Shown in pieces: positions 29,201-64,000 of a DNA stretch of 64,000 bases. This DNA is from Hormiphora californensis (Eukaryota; Animalia; Ctenophora): NCBI GenBank assembly GCA_020137815.1, contig CM035360.1, forward strand, positions 5,208,001 to 5,272,000, read 5' to 3'. The notes under the pieces are model-generated. The model was given only the letters and a program-made list of their open reading frames with translations, did not search any database and was not told the origin of the DNA. Numbering within the stretch: position 1 is the first letter of the stretch; every line of letters begins with the position of its first letter. The position numbers were made by a program, and so were the translations under genes.

Positions 29201-30627
29201 GTCATAACTTCAGCAAATGAAGTCACCAACTATATGTGGTTTGAGATGCAGTGAGGACACATGCACGTAGCTTTTGCAGCAGGTTGCAGTGGTTTTGACT
29301 TTTGGAAATTATAAAATGGTCCACACTGCTAGAGATAATCACATGTGACGTTAATTCTTATCTGGTATATACTTTGCATGCAGCTTTGGAGTTTGGAAAA
29401 TAAAAAACTAATCCTCACAATTGCTTCTGCAGTAGAACTCCAGTCAAATAATAGTTGATCCATAAAAAGTTCGAAATTTGAAACTATAAGGTGTGTCCTG
29501 AATCCGTCCCGTTAGTATGTTAGTGTTTCTCTTTCTTCGCCCTGTCTGATGACGCCTGGAACTCAGGGAATTCCATTGTAGCTCTACATTTCTTTCTCTC
29601 TATCTTTCTGTCTCTATATCTCTCCCTTACTTACTTTCTCTCTCTCCCTCTCTCTCTCCCTTACTTTCTCACTCTCTCCGTTTTCGATTATAACTAAATT
29701 CCCTGATTTTAAACCAATCCGTCATCTACCATAAAACAATTTATCGCCCTCCAAGCCCCTTTGAAGTCCAACCAATCCAAATGTCCATTCACTCGTCGAG
29801 AAATACTAGTTTTCATGCAATTTAGACTTCGGTACTCCTTGGAACATATAATTCAAAGTGGAACTACCACTAGCTTGTCTTGCTCAACCCTGTAATGTAA
29901 AGGAGGGTTAGAACATAACTACCACTAGCGAGTCACACTAGTATTTCCCATTTTCATGCATGAATTATAGCATGTTAATGTTATTTCACCGTTCAGTTTC
30001 AACCTTTATTATATTTTACCCCCGCGTTCGATTCTCCCGAGTCCTAATGTGTTAGGTAGGGCGCCTACCACCATCTCTCTGCCTCTCTCTCCCACTCTAT
30101 TTTTTATCGATCCTGGGTGACCTATAATAGATTAGATTCAACCTCCCTACATCATCTTCTCTCCCTTCAGTGCGACGAACCCAAAGACGGCAACCTATCG
30201 AATCCAGCCTTTCTGGACAGTTTCTGTAAACAGGAGGGGTTTATTGGTTGGTTTGATACTTCTGCGAAACACAACATTAATGTGACCGAGTCCGCTACCT
30301 TCCTTGTCAAACATGTACGTATTATTATCTGACCACGGTTCTCGCTCCGATGAGGAAATGAGAATAGGGTCAGGACAATGCTCTGACAGTTTATCTGTGT
30401 TTATTTAATGCCAGCTAAACGGTCTGGAGATGATCAGAGTTTGTATGGGCCTGTATTTTCTTAATACGCTGCACCAATTAACGACAATTCGACATAGTTA
30501 GGCGAGGTCGATTTGTAGATTGTTGTTTTAGTGACGGCCCAGCGACTTTGAAACGGGCTCTGAAAGATACATTAAAGTGCGTGGGGCTGATTTGTTATTT
30601 TAACAAATGGTGACAATGTGACATGTA

Positions 30628-30697
<70 letters not shown>

Positions 30698-30839
30698 ACC
30701 TATCTCTATCTATACCTCCCTCTCTCAGATTTTGGAGACGACAGAACAAATGCAGCTCCAGTCACCGAGACAAGATGAAGGACTGAAGGTGTCTAATGGA
30801 CATGGGGGTGCTCCCAAGAAGTCAGATGGTTGCTGTTGA
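23201..30839 (+). CDS. RAB32: Rab32/Rab38-family small GTPase, spliced; start codon in an unidentified upstream exon
   Basis: Exons 23201-23320, 23461-23568, 27860-28012, 30171-30314, 30729-30839: EHLFKVLVIGDLGVGKTSFIKRYVHQFFSVHYRAT|IGVDFALKVINWD..LQLWDIAGQERFGNMTR|VYYKEA..WKNDLDSKV.LPNG.PVPCLLLSNK|CD..WFDTSAK..GCC*. WDIAGQE is diagnostic of Rab32/38/29; C-terminal CC prenylation motif. Confidence 0.96.
24002..25095 (+). mobile_element. Helentron/HINE-like non-autonomous element (copy A), interrupted by a nested insertion
   Basis: T-run, 5' subTIR TTTCCCCGCC, hairpins, 3' subTIR GGCGGGGAAA (24363), 3' hairpin GCATTATG/CATAATGC split by the 24389-25077 insertion, end TTCTTG|TT. Confidence 0.75.
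24381..25077. mobile_element. Unclassified insertion with 8-bp direct repeat and terminal cloverleaf
   Basis: TATGAAAC at 24381 and 25070; 15-bp perfect inverted repeat 24381-24395/24854-24868; multi-hairpin block 24861-25077. Confidence 0.65.
25184..26835. repeat. 36-bp minisatellite (~45 copies) in a Rab32 intron, with 291-bp higher-order duplication
   Basis: Unit A(T/G)GTATGGGTCTAGC(A/T)GGCCTAGGAACTTTCTAGGA; diagnostic variants (TATTAT, GCTGACCT) recur 291 bp apart. Confidence 0.97.
29080..29147. mobile_element. Degenerate 68-bp piggyBac-type mini-MITE
   Basis: CCCTTTGGGGACGAT ... ATCGTCCCTAAAGGG with TTAT/TTAG flanks; related to the ends of 19220-20099. Confidence 0.55.
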
Positions 30840-31207
30840 GGGATACTGCGACATGACCTTGTCCAACCCAAGGAAGTCGAGAAAGGGATCAAAAAAAGAG
30901 AGAGAGTCAGGCAGAAAAACATTATGTGTATTCTTGTCTGTTTATTGTTTGTTTGTTTGTTTGTCAAACAGTTTGTCAAACAGTTTTAACTTTTGATATA
31001 CTGGACTCATCGAGAATGAGACATCATTAATCAGAGATATCAGAGAGAGAGAGAGAGAGTGATCTGTGAGAGAGGGAGTGAAATATATTATCAGAGCGGT
31101 GTAAAATGAAAGAAACAATTGTGGGTGACCGAGATGTTCAAGGCGAAGTGCAGTGTGCTCAGTACTTTGTATGTGTGAAAAGCAACCTCACAACATGGAT
31201 ATTGCAT

Positions 31208-31282
31208 CTAAAGTGGGATTTTTTGAAGTCGTCACCTGCACCCCCGAATGTGGGATGATAACTTCAAAAAATCCTACTTTAG
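31208..31282. mobile_element. Short palindromic MITE related to 14238-14458
   Basis: CTAAAGTGGGATTTTTTGAAGT ... ACTTCAAAAAATCCTACTTTAG. Confidence 0.6.
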
Positions 31283-32802
31283 TCTCCTACCGAGCTAATT
31301 TAAGTATATGATGATTGATAATTGATTAGGAATACTGCTGTTGTATCAGTTATCAGATCCAATTCTTTGCAATGAATTAAATCAACTGTGTTTTATTTTG
31401 AAATTCCATCCAACGATCCTGTCATACCTTCCCCTTTAATCGCTCAGAATTCAGACCAGATCGGCGCCACTAGAAAGATCCAGGGGACATGTGTGCTGAG
31501 TGCTCCATATCACATTTGCATGGGAGAAATAGGATATTATTCCCAAGGGTAGAATGTCGGCAGGACTTTATCATCCTTGTCTCTACTCTCTATCCCAATA
31601 CAGCATACAAAGTTCGATTCTTGTCCTAATTTCTTCCTCCTTTTCCCCCACACATGTCCACATTAATAACTATATAACTCACTCTTGTTGGATTCTCCGA
31701 AAGACATTTGTTCCCCGAATCCACCCTGGATCTAGCCTCTGATGATCCATCTCGAAAATTATATTTCTGCTTTTTTCGTAGAAAGTGTGGCTGGAATTTT
31801 ATTAACTGGCACGCGCGCTCCTCTCAGAATAGTGAAAGCACACTAGCGTCAAATTGCGCGCCAGATCCAACAAGTCCCTCGCGCACACCGTGGTTTAGTT
31901 AAAACCACTTCCTCCTTCCAAAAAACACGAGCAGGTCAGCTGACATGCAAGTGTTTTTGACGTCAGGTGGCCTCTGATGACCACTGTCAAGCCACTCGAA
32001 CCCTGCAACAGTTCCGGTTCCATTGATAACGAAATTTAAAAACGTTTATTGCTGTTGGAAAAAAAGTACTCTCTCAATACCAAAGATAACACATTTTCCC
32101 TCTGGAAACAAGACCTCAAAATTACACACTGTTGCTATGTGACCCGATATAGTTCCCACGGGGGATGTGTCACCATAGCAACCCGTCCTAGCAACCTCAC
32201 GACCTCAGATACAAACGGGTCCTTCCCCAAGTAACTCTCAAACAACGCGGGAGAAGGACCCGAATGCCCGGGGGTTGGAGCAATGTGGAAATGACACGGT
32301 TGCTATGGACACCAACTCGATATATTTCCCACGAGCCTAGCAATGGATATGATGTTTACTGCTAAGATACATAGAACAGAGTGGAATAAAATATATTGGC
32401 ACATGCCCAGATCTAACTCCCTCTCTCACAGAGTCAACAAAACACTCTCTCTGATCTCCCAGAGCGTTCTGGGAAAATATTAAAAAATCCTGACAGTTCA
32501 CTACCATTTTGCTTTTGTGGATGTTGTGAAAAATTAGGGTAAAAATCTTCAATAAAAAGCACAGTTAGACACAAGAACGTGACTACAGTAGAAATAGCTG
32601 TAAACTGACAATATCTCTCTTTGGTTATCACGCGATATATAAAAGAATACAAGCAACAGACGAAATTATTAAAATTATTAATTAATTTAAGTGGGTAATT
32701 AAAAAAATCTTCCAAGGAGTCCATTTCTCCGTACATAAAATATATCTCGGGCAGTAATAAGCCGGGAGTCCTTTCTCTCTTCTTATAAATATGTAGTACA
32801 GG

Positions 32803-63965
<31,163 letters not shown>

Positions 63966-64000
63966 CTGAAGGAGAATAGAAAATGGTTGAAAATGAATCA

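Overview
Eukaryotic (animal, intron-rich, AT/AG-microsatellite-rich) genomic DNA; the gene style suggests an early-branching invertebrate such as a ctenophore, but that is inference only. Four spliced genes can be assembled by hand: the 3' half of glutamine:fructose-6-P amidotransferase (GFAT, +, 1-13604), a MARVEL-domain 4-TM gene (-, 15034-16555, 5' end unresolved), a Rab32/38-type GTPase (+, 23201-30839), and a very large multi-Tudor gene (-, 32803 to beyond 64000, about 17 Tudor domains visible). Intronless genes are nested in the introns: an LDLa-repeat GPCR without LRRs and an acidic signal-anchored orphan inside GFAT (antisense), and two Ly6/uPAR-like GPI-anchored genes inside the Tudor gene (same strand; one is frameshifted). 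The introns hold many non-autonomous elements with definable ends: hAT, piggyBac, Tc1/pogo and MULE-like MITEs, poly-G-ended foldback elements with 8-bp TSDs, mini-Helitrons, Helentron/HINE copies with compensatory hairpins, and branched-hairpin (T-shaped/cloverleaf) elements that fit no standard class. No prokaryotic features, CRISPR arrays, tRNA/rRNA genes or transposase ORFs were recognised.
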